A stretch of DNA of 64,000 bases from Octopus sinensis (Eukaryota): NCBI RefSeq assembly GCF_006345805.1, contig NC_042999.1, forward strand, positions 128,898,001 through 128,962,000, given 5' to 3'. Under the pieces are notes generated by a model. That model was not told where the DNA came from, did no database searches, and was given only the letters and a program-made list of their open reading frames with translations. Below, one piece after another: positions 25,651 to 39,940 of this stretch. The stretch's first letter is position 1. The number at the start of each line of letters is the position of its first letter. The translations under genes and the position numbers were made by a program.

Positions 25651-28600
25651 GTAAGAAAAATCACTTTTCTTTTGCTTACTTTTTATTATTAATTAATCAG
25701 CAGAACAGAGGAGGGAGAAATGATTATGATCTTTGTGAATCCTTTCTGGTTATGAGATTTATGTTGTTGCAGTTGACATTCAGTTTAAACTTTTGTAATG
25801 TTAATGTCTGCCTCAACCTACAAGCTCATGACAAAACTAGAGCCTGTCTGAGTTTCTGAAGTGTTTAAATATCTGAGAGTAAATGGACTCACCTCCAAAC
25901 AAAACACCAGCCCATTACAAGGTTGACCCTCAAACACCATTAGTATTCATTTCCAGCAATGTAAACTGGAGCAATGTGAAATGAGCCACTCATCGCTCAA
26001 GATCATAACGTGCAATCCAGGCGAAGACTTGAATCCACAATCTAACGATCATGAACCTAACACCCTACCCACTAGAGCACACTCTTTCACATGATGTTAA
26101 TGTTTGTAGAAAAAAATATGGGCAGCAGGGAATTCCAGAGGGTTGCATGTGAAGGAAAAACAGTATGAGACAAAAATATTTAAACATGGACTCATGAGCC
26201 AAGACACAATAGTAGGGACAAGAAATGAATGATAAACAGGTGCAACAATGTGCTAGCTGAGACAAGCAAAACCTATTGTAACAACACTAGAAGTAACAAA
26301 GAGAATAAACAGTACATCTATGAGCTACTAGTTGTAATGTATTATTCAGACTAAATTCAACATTTAGTTGGTTTCAGTCTGAATAGAATTTGGCTAAATT
26401 TTGTAATCATCATTATACTTTTTAGTTCTGTATTTAATGTTTATAATTTTAAAATGCTTCCAGTTTGTTTAACTTTGCAGTAAAATGGTAATATTTGAGG
26501 TTTATAATTCCAACATTGTAAAGTTACAAATGTATATGTAATAAACATCTGATACTATTCCCTATACAGAAGCATTTAGTATTCATGCAATGTGACCATT
26601 CATGAATTTTTATAGCTTTTTTTTTAATGATTGGTAATATTCTGTATAACCTTGGGGATAAATGTTGGCATTGATTAATATAACTTCTGGATTACTGTTA
26701 GCATTTTTGATGAATATAAACCATTGGACAAATGTTGTTGGCATCTGTTCCTGTAACCTTTGGTTGTTTTTCTTTAAGTTAATCTGGGGTAGAAGGGCAT
26801 GGCATAACCTTTGAAGGCCATTATTGACTAGTGAGGTGATGTAGCTGATTCAGCTTGAAATAATATCTGCAAAAAATTGTAGGTAAGGAGACGACCAAGG
26901 GCTTGGTTTTAATTTTTGTAACAGGGTGAAAGTCCAAGAATTATTCAATAGTGTTAAAACAGACTCTACGTTAAGCCTACCACCTCAATTCATACTTGTA
27001 GCATGACAATACATACAATGCTAATACATACAAGTAGTTGCTGCTAATAAACCATCAATGAAGTTGGATTCATAGCTATGCTGTTAATATGTTGACCTAC
27101 AAACAAACAATTCGAATGCTGCTAATCACTTCATATTTGATAGCTTATTGGCAAGTAGATAGGATTGAATAATGATGTACATCAATGTGTATTTGTTGTT
27201 GTTGTTTTTGGTGGTGGTGGTGGTGTTGCTGCTGCTGCTGTTGTCGTTGATGGTGATGGTATAATAGTGATATTGTTATTGTTGCTGCTTATCCCTAAAC
27301 CAACCCTGATCAAGAAAACATGTAATCAAAAGCATTCTTTTCATGACCATCACATCTTTTCTCCAGGCCATATTCAATGTGTCCTTTTTGAAGACAGTAA
27401 TATGTGGTTTGATAGAGATTTGACTATTTTTAGCAGGTCAAAGGATTATATAGAATCTTTCTTACTGTCTTGTAGTTTAATTATAATGTGCTGATATTAC
27501 TCATCTGCATATTGTAAACAAATGCTCCCTAAATTCTCCAAGAACTGAAGAGTTTCTGAATTACTCCTTGATTCTGAAGCATTAACAGACCAATGTTTCC
27601 CTTTAAATTAGAAACAACTCTATCAAAGGTAAAACTCCCAGACACTCTGTTGCCTTTTTCATTGTTGTTTGGTCTGAAGAGGAAAAGTAATGCTGATAAC
27701 CCTTTTCAGGGCCTCTGAGACAAGTGAAAGGTAGGCTATATTCAACCTGATGAATTGGCTTGAATCATTGCAAAAGAGAACTTTGCTAAAGACACCTAAA
27801 TATTTACTTAACCCTTACTTAACCAGCTATATCCAGTCCAAATATTCTACCTGTTTTATGTTCAAACCAATCAGAATTGACTACTCACACCAACCCTAGA
27901 ATGTCATTCTAAATATAAGCAATTACATCAGCAAAAACTTGAAGCTACAAGATAATGTATGATTCATTTAAAACCATATGAATAAATGAGCATCACATTT
28001 GACTGAGTAATCAGAAAGCTAAAGGGTTAAACCCTTCATTCCTTATGAAGTGTTTACCATCAATAACTTTTCTTCACTGTTCTTGACTCTGGGCTGTTTT
28101 TTCTGCTTTTTCAACTCTACCATAGTTTATAGCATTCTCTCTTCTGCTACCCTCTTTCCCTTGTGGGTTCCCTAAGAAAAGGCCTTTGTCTCTTTGATCT
28201 TGTTGGTTTTGAATTGTCATCAATGCTTCAGTAACTTTGCTTTTTCTCTAGGTAGGGATGTTGGCCCTACATAAACCCATTTTTATCTCTAAGAAGTGAC
28301 AGTCCATATTAGTTCACCCTCCGTTGACCTTCCCAGCCAGCGTGGGATATCCACTGATATAACTCTCAGAGTCATTGAGACACACAAGTCACCAAACTAC
28401 AAGAAATGGACCATGCTACAGAAAGTGGGAGCATTCAGCTGAGCAATGGATTAACCCTCTTCTTACCATATTTCTGCTGAAATGGGCTGACTTTGATTCA
28501 ATTGATTTTGAAAATAACTTTGTTGTTATTGGGCTGGTATTTGGAACAAAAATTAGCATGAGATTTTGATAGAAAGTTTTATTTTAGATCATTTTAACAC

Positions 28601-28850
28601 ATTAAGCTTGTATCATAGGGCCAAGAACAGTCTCAGGTGGGTTAGCATCAAAAGGGTTAAATCTACCTATCTATTCTTTTCTTTTACTTGTTTCAGTCAT
28701 TTGACTGTGGCCATGCTGGAGCATGGTTTTAGTTGAACAAATTGATCCCAGGACATATTTTATTAATATCATTTGCCAAGCTGCTAAGTTACAGGCACAT
28801 AAACACACCAACACTTTCAAGTGGGGATGGGGAGACAAACACAGACACAA

Positions 28851-28891
<41 letters not shown>

Positions 28892-29732
28892 GATGGGCTT
28901 CTTTCAGTTTCTATCTACCAAATCCACTCACAATGCTTTGGTTGGCCTGAGGCTATAGTGGAAGACACTTACCCAAGGTGTTATGCTGTAGGACTGAACC
29001 ATACAGCCATGCCTATGCCTGTATTTTTTTTCACCCACAGATAGGTGAGAGATTGTAAGTAAAATCAAATATTGAATGTAAAAACAAAGTAATGGAAAAA
29101 CATGCAGCATATTTGAACTCAGAATCTATGAGTTGGGAGTCTAATACTTTTATCCACTCCACCACAATATCATTATGCAGCCTCCAAAAGAAAAACAAAA
29201 CAATAAAAATAAAAACAGCAACAACAACAACGAACAATGTAAATTAATGTAAAACATCCATTTAGCAATTCTAATTGCCATGTTTAGATGAAACTTTGCA
29301 TGTTTTATCTCTTGATCAACAATTAATTAGCAGTATGGAGAATGGGATAGAGTGTGTCTTCGTTGTTTCTTGTGAGAAATATCAACCATAATGAATTCAT
29401 CAGCTCTATCGTTTTCCCCTCATTATTACCTTTCACTTTTACATTTTAGTGTCTGGCATTTTTTAAATTTTTTATTTTTCAATATTTTTTCTGTGTGTAT
29501 GTTTATATAATTGTTTGTTTGCTTTTTTAATTATTAATAACATTTCCATTGATCTAATTTTATTACTTTCATTGTTTGATGTTTCGTGCGGGTGCATATG
29601 TGTGGTGTATGTATGTGTGTTTACACATTCAAATGTTATAGTTTATCAATAAAAGAACTGTGTGTATATATATATGTGTGTATATATATATATATATATG
29701 TATGTTTATCATGAATATGTGTATGTGTGTAC

Positions 29733-29765
<33 letters not shown>

Positions 29766-31250
29766 TAAGATGACATTTGAATTGCTTGATATGTTTACAG
29801 ATATTGGTGTGGTTATTGTTCTTGTAATTATTAGCACTTATGGTGGTGGTAAGGGTAGCAATGGTGATGGTGTTGGAGATGATAGTGACCATGGTGATGA
29901 CAGTGTGATAGTAGTGGTGATTCTGGTAGTGGTAAAATTATTGTACTGCTGTTGCAGCACTTGTTGGTGATGCCTGAGACCATTGTCTTTTTTGATGTCA
30001 ATGGTGGTGGCAGTGGCAGTGATGGTAGTAGTGGTGGTGGTGGTGGATGTATTGTCCAACTAATATGTTTGATAGCAGAGATGATCTTTATAGTATAGCT
30101 GCAGCGATTGTGTAAAAGAATAATATGCTGCCGTTGTTGTTTAGCCCTAGGTCAACCCTGATCAAAAGGATCTGAAATCAAGATGTCTCAAACATAACTA
30201 TCCAGCTTTTTATTCAAAAATGCTCTATTCTATGTGTCCTTCCTTCTAATTTGGTTAGGTGTGTTTTATGTGAGTTTTTGGTTGTTATGTGTAACAGGTC
30301 AAGTGACCGTGTAGAAGCTCATTGCCTGTGTTGTTGTCGTTGGTAGTGGTGGTGGTGATTAAGTGTTGTTGTTGGTGGTGATAATGATGATGGTGGTGGT
30401 TATCTGCAAGTCATCCTTAATTAAGTAACCAGTTCTTTGATCAACAGCTGTGACAATCTCATTTTATTTTCAAATACAACATTCGTCCTTCATGTTTCTG
30501 AAGATGACCAGTTTATTAGCTTTACTTTTATGGGTCCTTAGTTGGTTTATTAGGCCAATATGCACATAAAATCCATCATTTCAGTGGGGTTACATAACAG
30601 TAGAATCAAGACTCAGTGGGGCTTGTACTTTCCTTGTTGTCTTCCTTTCTCTAGTTTCTCTGATCATTTCTGTTTCTTAGTGCTGTACTCTAGAGTACAC
30701 AGCTGTACACTACAGTGAGTGATCTTGAGCAAAATATTCCCAAGTAGACTGCTTCAAGTTACACATTTTCAAGGTTGTCTTGAGAATGTCCTTGTATTTT
30801 CCCTTTGATCCACCACATGACCGAGAGCCAACTGCTGTTCACCATAGTTACAGTGTTTTCCAATATAGTATCTTAAGGAATATATTCTCCAATGTGTCCT
30901 TTTCTAAATGGGATGTGATTTGAGGCAGATTTAGATGCTATTTCTTGCAATTTAAGTGACCACTTAGAGGCTTCCTCATTAGCAAGCTTTCTAGTAACAG
31001 CCATCCTGTCTTATTTTAAGAACTACTGTTCTTTCTTTTTTAAGATGCTAGGTAGCCTCTGCTGGAGCTGCTGCTGCTGTTGTCATTATCGTCGTCATTG
31101 TTGTTGTTACTGCTGCTACTGCTGCTGTTGTGTTTTAGCTTCAGGTCATCTTTGATTTAGTGGACCTATGATCAAAGACATTCCAGGCATGACAAACCAA
31201 TCATTTTGTATGCCTTGGACTACATTATCCAAAATGGCCTTTTAGCTACT

Positions 31251-31491
31251 ATTTCTTATTTCTTTACTATCCACAAGGGGCTACACACAGAGGGGACAAA
31301 CAAGGACAGACAAACGGATTAAGTCGATTAAATCGACCCCAGTGTGTAACTGGTACTTATTTAATCAACCCCGAAAGGATTGAAAGGCAAAGTCGACCTC
31401 GGCAGAATTTGAACTCAGAACATAGCGACAGACGAAATACTGCTAAGCATTTTGCCTGGCTTGCTAACGTTTCTGCCAGCTCGCCGCCTTA
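31251..31491 (-). mobile_element. tRNA-derived SINE (family C), full length with 13-bp target-site duplication
   Basis: agctactatttct at 31244-31256 and 31492-31504; conserved central gtcgactttgcctttcaatcctttcggggttgattaaataagtaccag. Confidence 0.88.
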
Positions 31492-31924
31492 AGCTACTAT
31501 TTCTAACTAGTTAAATATGCACAGAGATGCTTCCCTCTTTGTTTTGAGCTCCCCTGCTGTTTATGATGGTGATGGCTGTAGAGGTTGTTAGTGGCACTAT
31601 CTGTAGTAGTGTCATAGAGCTATTGTTGTTGTTGCTGGTAGTGGTGGTGGGTTGGGGGTGGCAGTGGTAGTGGTGGTGATGATTGTGGTGGCAGTGACAG
31701 CAATGTTGAGGAGAAGGAGGAGGGAGAGGGTAGATAGATTTGGTGGTGATGATGGCATGCTTGTCTTTGTATTTGTTCACTCACAGCTTGACAACTGACG
31801 TTAGTTTGTTTACATCCTTAGCAGTTGAGCAAAAAGTGACCCATATAATAAAATAAGTATTAGAGTTGATTTGATGAACTAAACCATACACAAGTAACCT
31901 TTTTTCTGAGAAGTGGACCACAAA

Positions 31925-32415
31925 AGTAAAGGTGAAGTTACGTTCTTGAGTCATACCAACTTATAAGGTATATATATTCCCTACCTGGGCATGATGCAGG
32001 TCCATTGCAGGATTACTGATTTTTGCCAGTGGAGTGGACTGGAGCAATGTGAAATGGAATGTTTTGTTCAAGAACACAATATGTTGTCTGGTCCAGGAAT
32101 TGAAACCACAATCATATGGTCATGAGTCCAACACCCTAACCACTAAGCTATGCACCTTCACTTAAAAGGTAAAATTACCTTCTCAAGTCATACCGACTCA
32201 TAAGGGCTGGTTTCCTGGTTTCATGGCATATATATTCCCTACCTGGACAGGACACTCGTCCGTCGCAGGATTACTCATTTTTGCCAGCTAAGTGGACTGG
32301 AGCAATGTGAAATGAAGTGTTTTGCTCAAGAACACAACACATCTGGTCCAAGAATCAAAACCACAATCTTACGATTACAAGTCCAACACCCTAACCACCA
32401 AGCCACACACCTCCA
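31925..32415 (-). mobile_element. Two head-to-tail tRNA-SINE copies with an (ACCTTT)-type tail
   Basis: About 31925-32160 and 32163-32415 are homologous; their heads match family B but the tail differs. Confidence 0.7.
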
Positions 32416-32995
32416 TGAGTGGATCACATAAGACATGATGGCTCATCATCAAGCAGGCAGCAATACTGAAAAAAAATCAAGGTAATTTTCCATTAGGCAT
32501 GCCATTTTGGTCTTGCAGGCTACAGTTTGCCTGTGACTGGACTAAACCTTCAAGGCAATACTCCAGCATGGTCTCAGTCCAATGACAAGAACTAGTAAAA
32601 GAGTAAACAATTATAATCAATAATCTATAAATGCCTGTAACGATTGAATCAGCTGCTGCTAAATGAAGAATACATAATTAATTTTTTACAAGACCCTGCT
32701 AATTGCACAGAATTAGGTCTTTATTCATTGCTTTTATTTTTTTTAACTGCTCATTGTTTTTATATTTTTATTATTAAAATTTTATGCTTTGTTTCATCTT
32801 ATTTTATTTTTTGAGATACATTTTTACTTGATAATGTTGACTTGGATTTATTATTAGTCACCCATCTGTGCTTCACCTTCATTGTGATTGCTGTTGACAA
32901 CCTTCTTCATCACCATCATCATCATCATCATCATCATCGTTGTTGTCATCCTTGTCATCATCATCATCATCATCGTCTTTATTATTTATTGGCAG

Positions 32996-33093
32996 GATCT
33001 TGAAATGCTTGAAGAAGTGCAAGTAAATCCAGCACTTGACAAGGACATGGAACAAATAAAAAATTTATTTGGTGAAGAATCCATAACGTACAG
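32996..33093 (+). CDS. PARP6/PARP8: PARP6/8-like exon c: DLEMLEEVQVNPALDKDMEQIKNLFGEESITY(R)
   Basis: ggcag acceptor and AG|gtatgt donor; 98 nt, phase 0 to 2; matches recalled HPQLEADLSAVREIYGPHAVSLR. Confidence 0.88.
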
Positions 33094-34050
33094 GTATGTA
33101 TATTTCCTTCAAATAACCAGGTCTAATTTTTGTGCAAGTTAAATATTTGCATAATATTTTTATTCTGTTTTTATACCCATGCTTGTATGCATGAGTTTAT
33201 CCTTAAATATCCTAATATATTTTTATACATTTTATACCCATTTTTGCATGGTTGGGTTAATTCTTTTGTTAAAAACAATTGTTTTATACTCAGTTACCTT
33301 TCCTACAACTCACAGCTCAACTATGAAGTAGGTGTGAAACAGATTCCAAGGGAATTCATTGCAATTTGCTTCAGCAGCAATCAATCTATAATGTCTGTAA
33401 ATTTGAATACATTTTATGCTTTGCTGTAGCATTCAGAAGCATAGATACTTTTGGTGCATATGCCATAACCCTTTAGCTCTGAAAACAGCCATATCTGGCC
33501 TTAATATTCTATCTGTTTTATGTTCAAACTGGCTACTTACACAACCTCTCACACCTACCCTACAATGTTATTCTGAAAATAAACAATTGTATCATTGAAA
33601 TCCTCAAACTACAAGATGATGCAGGATTAATTCAAAACAATATGAATAAATAAGCATTACATTTGGTAGAATAGTCTGAATACTGAAGGATAATTAACAA
33701 GCATCACACCTTGCTGCTCCCTTTGATGCACCAGAAAGACATGAAAAAACAAAAGGAATGATCTGAAGAAGGGTTTATCTCAAAATATTAGAATTTTTAT
33801 TTCCCCACATCATACAACATTTTTTCCTCCAAATTAGGGTCAAATTTGAAGTGTTAGAACTCACATACCAACAGGATGGAACAAAAACTGGAACAAGTAA
33901 CTTTATACATGTTACTCAAGTGGTTCCTGGATTTAAATGATGATATAAATTTGATAGGAAGAGTTTACTGCCATATTGTAAATAGGTCAAATAACTACAT
34001 CAGTATCTAGGTGTCGGTGAATGTCACATAAACAATTATTTCTCATTGCT

Positions 34051-34290
34051 TAAGGTGGTGAGCTGGTAGAAACATTAGCACGCTGGGTGAAATGCTTTGC
34101 GGTATTTCGTCTGCTGTTACATTCTGAGTTCAAATCCCACCGAGGTCGACTTTACCTTTCATCCTTTCGAGGTCGATAGATAAAGTACCAGTTATGCACT
34201 GGGGTCGATGTAATTGACTTAATCCCTTTGTCTGTCCTTGTTTGTCCCCTCTATATTTAGCCCCTTGTGGGCAATAAAGAAATAAGAAAC
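34051..34290 (+). mobile_element. tRNA-derived SINE (family C), followed by an older copy (about 34310-34505)
   Basis: Reverse complement of 31251-31491; the pair is bracketed by aattatttc(t/c)cattgct. Confidence 0.85.
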
Positions 34291-35665
34291 AAATGAGCAG
34301 AAGCAAACGAGTGAACTGGCACTTGGAACAAATGCTTAGCTGCAGTTCTTTGGGCTTTATGTTCTGAGCTGAAATTCCATTGAGGTCAGCTTAACCTTTC
34401 AGCCTTTTGGAGGTCAATAAAATAAGTACCAACCAAGTATGGGAGTCGATGTTATCAACTACTCACTCCCTTCAAAATTACTGGATGAGTGCCAAAATTT
34501 GAAAGAATTATTTCCCATTGCTAAGAACATCGGTCAGCAGAAGCTTGTCTAAATTATTAACATTTATTAAATGTAAAAAATTTAATATTATTAACATTCT
34601 ATTGACGAATAATCATTTTGATAGTGACAAAGGAACTTTCTATATTAAATATTATGGTTAAATTAGAAATACATGTATTAAGTTTGATTATAATATATCT
34701 GTTAGAAATGTTATGATGGCAAAAAATATGTTCACTAAGACCTGAAAAATAGATCAGTAACAATTGTAGGAATTTGAACAGTGTTTGATCTGATGGATGT
34801 GCAATTACAATATGAACTTGTGAGAGTCAAGTCTCAGACAAGATATCTCTTGTATCACATTAGATCAAGACACATGAAAATATAACTGCTGGCATAGTGA
34901 TAATAAACAAATAATCACAATAGCAGTGAAAGTAAGACAACATTGATGATGATGCTGATGATGACGACGACAGCGACAATGACGATGATGATGACAATGA
35001 CAATAATGATGATGTCTGTATTTGCTACAAAACATCATTTATACCAAACAATTTATGTACCAGCAAAGACCAAATATTTCATTGTACAGTAATCACCATT
35101 TTAAACATTTGTAAAAGAAGAAAGCTATTAGTTCTATCTTGAAATATCTTTCACTTATTTCAGTGTACTTTAATTTTTCATTCTATTTACAGAATATATA
35201 TGTATATATAGAGAGAGAGAATCAGAAATGCAAACATTATTATTAGAACTAGCAGTGACAACATTGCTATTAACACAAACGATTTCCTATTGAGAAAACT
35301 ATATTCAACGCGATATATCATCTCTTTTCAATCAAACACTGGCAACGAAAGCAGGAGTTCTTGATTATATTTCAAAAATTAATTGGCAGTGTATTTTGTT
35401 ATAAATATACTCTTGAAAAAGTTTCTACAAACAAATAATTAAATAAACAAAAATAAAATAAAATATTTTTAAATAAATTTTTCTGAGAGAATAAATAATG
35501 TTTGCTTAATTTCAGATGTTTATATTTCTACACCTTTAAAGTCCCCAAAGAAATTGTTGTGAATCTTGTAAATATAAATGTTTGTTATTTTTAGAGAAAC
35601 ATTTTGAAATTCTATAAAATCAACAATTACAACATATTTATGCTTTGACTGTTTTTTTTTCCTAG

Positions 35666-35726
35666 ATTGTTCACCTATATTGATAATATAGATGTTGAAC
35701 TCAATATTTATCCAACATTTTTGGAG
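35666..35726 (+). CDS. PARP6/PARP8: PARP6/8-like exon d: LFTYIDNIDVELNIYPTFLE
   Basis: Poly-T tract plus cctag acceptor and GAG|gtaagt donor; 61 nt, phase 2 to 0; matches recalled EYGAIDDVDIDLHIDVSFLD. Confidence 0.88.
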
Positions 35727-36339
35727 GTAAGTACTACTTTATATTTCAGTTTATAATTTGTTTGTTTTTCTCTGTTTCTGTGGTTAAAATGGAGATTCAA
35801 TTTGTGTTAGATTTGAAATAAATAATTTTAATTTATCATGAGGTGCAGGCATGGCTTTGTGGTTAAGAAGTTTGTTTCAAAACCACATGGTTTGGAGTTC
35901 AGTCCGACTGCATTACACCTTGTGCAAGTGTCTTCTGCATAGTATAGACCCAGGCTGACCAATGCCTTATGAGTGAATTTGGTAGACATAAAATGTGTAG
36001 AAACCATTGTATATGTATGAACAAAATTAGAATTCAGCATTCCAACTATGGAGTCCATTGTGACAGAGAAGACTTCATCAAAACTGTCATCAAGTTAACT
36101 CTGACACAGAGTTAACTTGAGCAAACCACCCAAAATTCGAAATGAGTTTCAGACAGCAAGGTTATTTCTTTCACATTATGGGTTCCTTTCTCTGGAAGCA
36201 CTGAGGGTATGTTTGATTTGATCTGGTTATTATACATCTGTGGTTTGGAACAAAATTGTGCTTGTAACAGTCTATAATGATTAGATTGACTCTTATTCAC
36301 TTTACATGCAGAAATCAATGAAGATTGTTGGAGAAGCAA

Positions 36340-37708
36340 ACCTCAAATATATTAACAAAATATGCATTCTGCATTTAAGATGGGGTTTGCTCTAAAATTG
36401 AGTCAATGCCAGAACTAGAGATGAAGTTTAGGGTATGGAAACAAGGTCTAGAATCGAAGGACCTTAGAGTTAACCTAGCAAAAATCAAAGTCTTAGTAAG
36501 TAGGAAGGCTGTCAAATCACAAACCCCTTCAGGTAGATGGCTCTGCTCGATCTGTAGAAAAGGCATGAGTAGAAATTCCATACGATGTACCTGGTGTAAG
36601 CTATGGACACATAAAAGATGCAGCAATATCAAAGGAAGGTTAACCCAGAAGTTAGTTTTTGTGTGTGGCAGATGCACAGGGGCAATAAACACTGAAGATG
36701 TACAGAAAACAGATTCCATCACATGCCAGGGGAGAAACTAGAAGTAGTTAATAACTTCCGCTACCTAGAACAACCAAGTCTGTAGTGGGGGTGGCTGCTC
36801 TGAGAGTATAGTGGCCTGGGCAAAGTTCAGACAGTTCTTACCTCTGCTGGGAACTTAGGGCCTCTCACTCAGGATGAAAGGTAGACTATATGATGTATGT
36901 GTGTGAACTGCCATACTACATGGCAGTGAAACATGGGCCATCACTGCTGAGGACATGCGTAGTCTTGAAAGAAATAAAACAAGTATGATCCGCTGGATGT
37001 GTAATGTCAGTGTGCATACACGACAGAGAGTTAATGCCCTAAGAAAAAAGTTGAGCATAAGAAGCATCAAATGTGGTGTGCAAGAGAGACGACTGTGCTG
37101 GTATGGCCATGTGTTACATATGGACGAGGACAGCTGTGTGAGGAAGTTCCACTTCTTAACTGTGGAAGGAACCTGTGGAAAAGGTAGAACTGGGAAGACA
37201 TGGGATGAGGTGGTGAAGCATAACCTTCAAACATTGAGTCTCACAGAGGCAATGACAGGAGACCAAGACCTTTGGATATATGCTGTGATTGAGAAGACCT
37301 GGCAACTAAAGTGAGATTACAGCCATGCATGTCTGAACCAGTTAAGAGTACCCCTGATGCGTTGGGTGGTATGATATGCTTGAGAAGACCTGTTGAGTCA
37401 AGTAAAGCTAATATCATAGCTGTGACCAGTTCCCCCTGACTGGCTCCCATGCCAGTGGCATGTAAAAAGAACCATCCAAACATGGCCGATGCCAGTACCC
37501 ACTGACTGGCTTGTGTGCCAGTGGCACATAAAAAGCAGCCACTGTACTTGAAGTAGTTGGCGTTTGGAAGAGCATCCAGCTGTAGAAACATTGCCAGATC
37601 AGATTGGAGCCTGGTATAGCCACTGGCTTTCCAGACCTCAGTCAAACCGTCCAACCCATGCCAACATGGAAAGTGGATGTTAAACGATGATGAGGATAAT
37701 GATGATGA
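36340..37708 (+). mobile_element. RTE-clade LINE 3' fragment carrying a C4HC3 (PHD-like) finger, plus 3' UTR
   Basis: ORFs 36406..36741 and 36955..37314 (ERRLCWYGHVLHM, GRTGKTWDEVV); (GAT)n tail. Confidence 0.9.
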
Positions 37709-39439
37709 TATATATATATATGTAGGTAAACAACCTCTTTGGTCATAAATGGCCATAGGATTGTACCTAGAAAGTTCCCCTTCAATGCACTAATCTGGGC
37801 AAGGTTGTTTATAGAAGACCAGCAGTCACCTATGCATACTAGTCTCCTCTCTCTACACTGCTGATGTTACACAAGGGAAAGGCAAAGGTAATACCGCTTG
37901 ACACCAGTGACACCGCAACTCATTTCTACACTTGAGTGAACTGGAGCAACATGAAATAAAGTGTTGTTCAAGAACATAACACACAGCCCAGTCCAAGAAT
38001 CGAAGTTACTACCTCATGATTGTGAGCCCAATGCTCGAACCACTGATGATGTATATATATCATCGTCATCATCATCATTTAACATCTGTTTTCCATGCTG
38101 ACATGGGGTGGGCAGTTTGATAGGAACTGGCCAACTGAAGAGCTACATGTCTGTTTTGGCATGATTTCTTTGGCTGGATGCTCTTCCTAACAACAGCCAC
38201 TTTACAGAGTGTACTGGGTACTTTTATGTTGTATTGGTGGCACAGGAGCTTTTACATAGCACCAGCACCCATGAGCCTGCAAGATTAGGATTGCTCAGCA
38301 GAAGGGGAATGTAGTAGAAGGGGCTATAGTAGAAGACACTTGTCCAAGGTGCTATACAGTGGGACTGAACCCAGAACCATGTGATTGAGAAGCAAGCTTC
38401 TTACCACACAGCCACACCTGTGCCTTATGTACTTTATTTTGGCGTAAACCAGTGTGTTGAGTGGCATCCCTTTATGTCAAAACTTCTAACATAGCCCATT
38501 CAATAGGAATCAGCTTTATAAATATGAGTGGTAAGGATTAATATGATTGACTAAGAAAATTTTTGGAAATGATGCGCCACTATAGCTGCAGTCCAATGAC
38601 TGAAATGAGTAGAGAAATTATGTTTAACACATATCAAAGCTTGTAGACTATTTAATGTTTAAAACTAAAAGATAGTCTATACTTACATTATACTTCAATC
38701 TTCAAATGTATATATATATATATACATAGTCTCTACAGATATTATACTGAAATTATAAATTTGTATGGGATATACATATAGTAAAGTTCCACTTGCCCTG
38801 GGAAATTGAGGAATCTGATGTTTTGATCCAGGAGGTTGTCTATTCCTACTATTGTCTTTTTCAACTGCTGGGTTTGAAGAAGTACTGAAGATAGATAAGA
38901 GAAGGGTGAGGAGAGAGGTGTGTTAACATGCCAGGAGGGTCTGGATAATATATTTTTTTAAATATCATAAATCAGTGAGGAAGGGGGTGTAATTGCAATA
39001 ACTTGTAAACAGTGGGTCAGTGGGGAGAGTGATAAAGTACAATGTATATGTGCATGTGTGAGATGGACTGGAGGTGAAGTAATGATGAGTTAAACAGAAA
39101 CTGCTAGTGATATTGTGGTGAAGATATATCTATACATAAGTGTTTGTGTTTGTGTGTGTGTGTAATTAGCATTATTAATAAAAATCACCAGAAGTTACAA
39201 TGTCTGAAGGGTCAAGAGTCTCGTGCATTGGTACTTGTTTTGAATTCTGTTTTCCTGTTTGCATCACCAAACCTACATACACGCACACACACACACATAC
39301 ATACACGGTGTGTAAGATATCTGAGGACAGATTTATACTTATAAAAAAAAAAAAACAGATATATAATAACAGATAAAAACTTAATTATCAAAAAAATGTA
39401 ATGAGGATAAAAATAAACCTTCTTTTCTATAAAGTTATT

Positions 39440-39800
39440 CAATAAAGCCACCTTCCACTTCAACAACTGCTTCAATATGAGAGCTAAATCATCTACATGC
39501 TCAAATCAAGTGGTCCTGGTTCATTTTAGACATTGCTCTGACTATGGCAGCTTTCAAAGAATCTTTGGTGTTATGGGCATGTTCATTGACCTCTCTCTCA
39601 ACAATGTTCCACATGTAATAGTCCAATGTATTGAGATCTGGGGAACTAGGACGCCATATGTTAGGGGTTATGTGATCATGAAAATTTTCAGCCATCCATT
39701 CCTGTGTTACTAGAGCCATGTGTGATAGTGCAGAGTCTTACTGAAACACATATGGCCTTCTGTTGCATACACTGTCTATCCAGAGCTTAACAATTATTTC
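39440..39800 (-). mobile_element. maT/DD37D-like Tc1-mariner transposase fragment
   Basis: NIWRPSSPDLNTLDYYMWNIVERE; homologous to the 47200-47917 copy. Confidence 0.75.
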
Positions 39801-39879
39801 CAGGACCTCAATGTAGGTGGCAGAGTTAACTCTAAGGCCTTTGAATAATGTGTGTGTGTGCGTGTGCGTGTGTGTGTGT

Positions 39880-39940
<61 letters not shown>

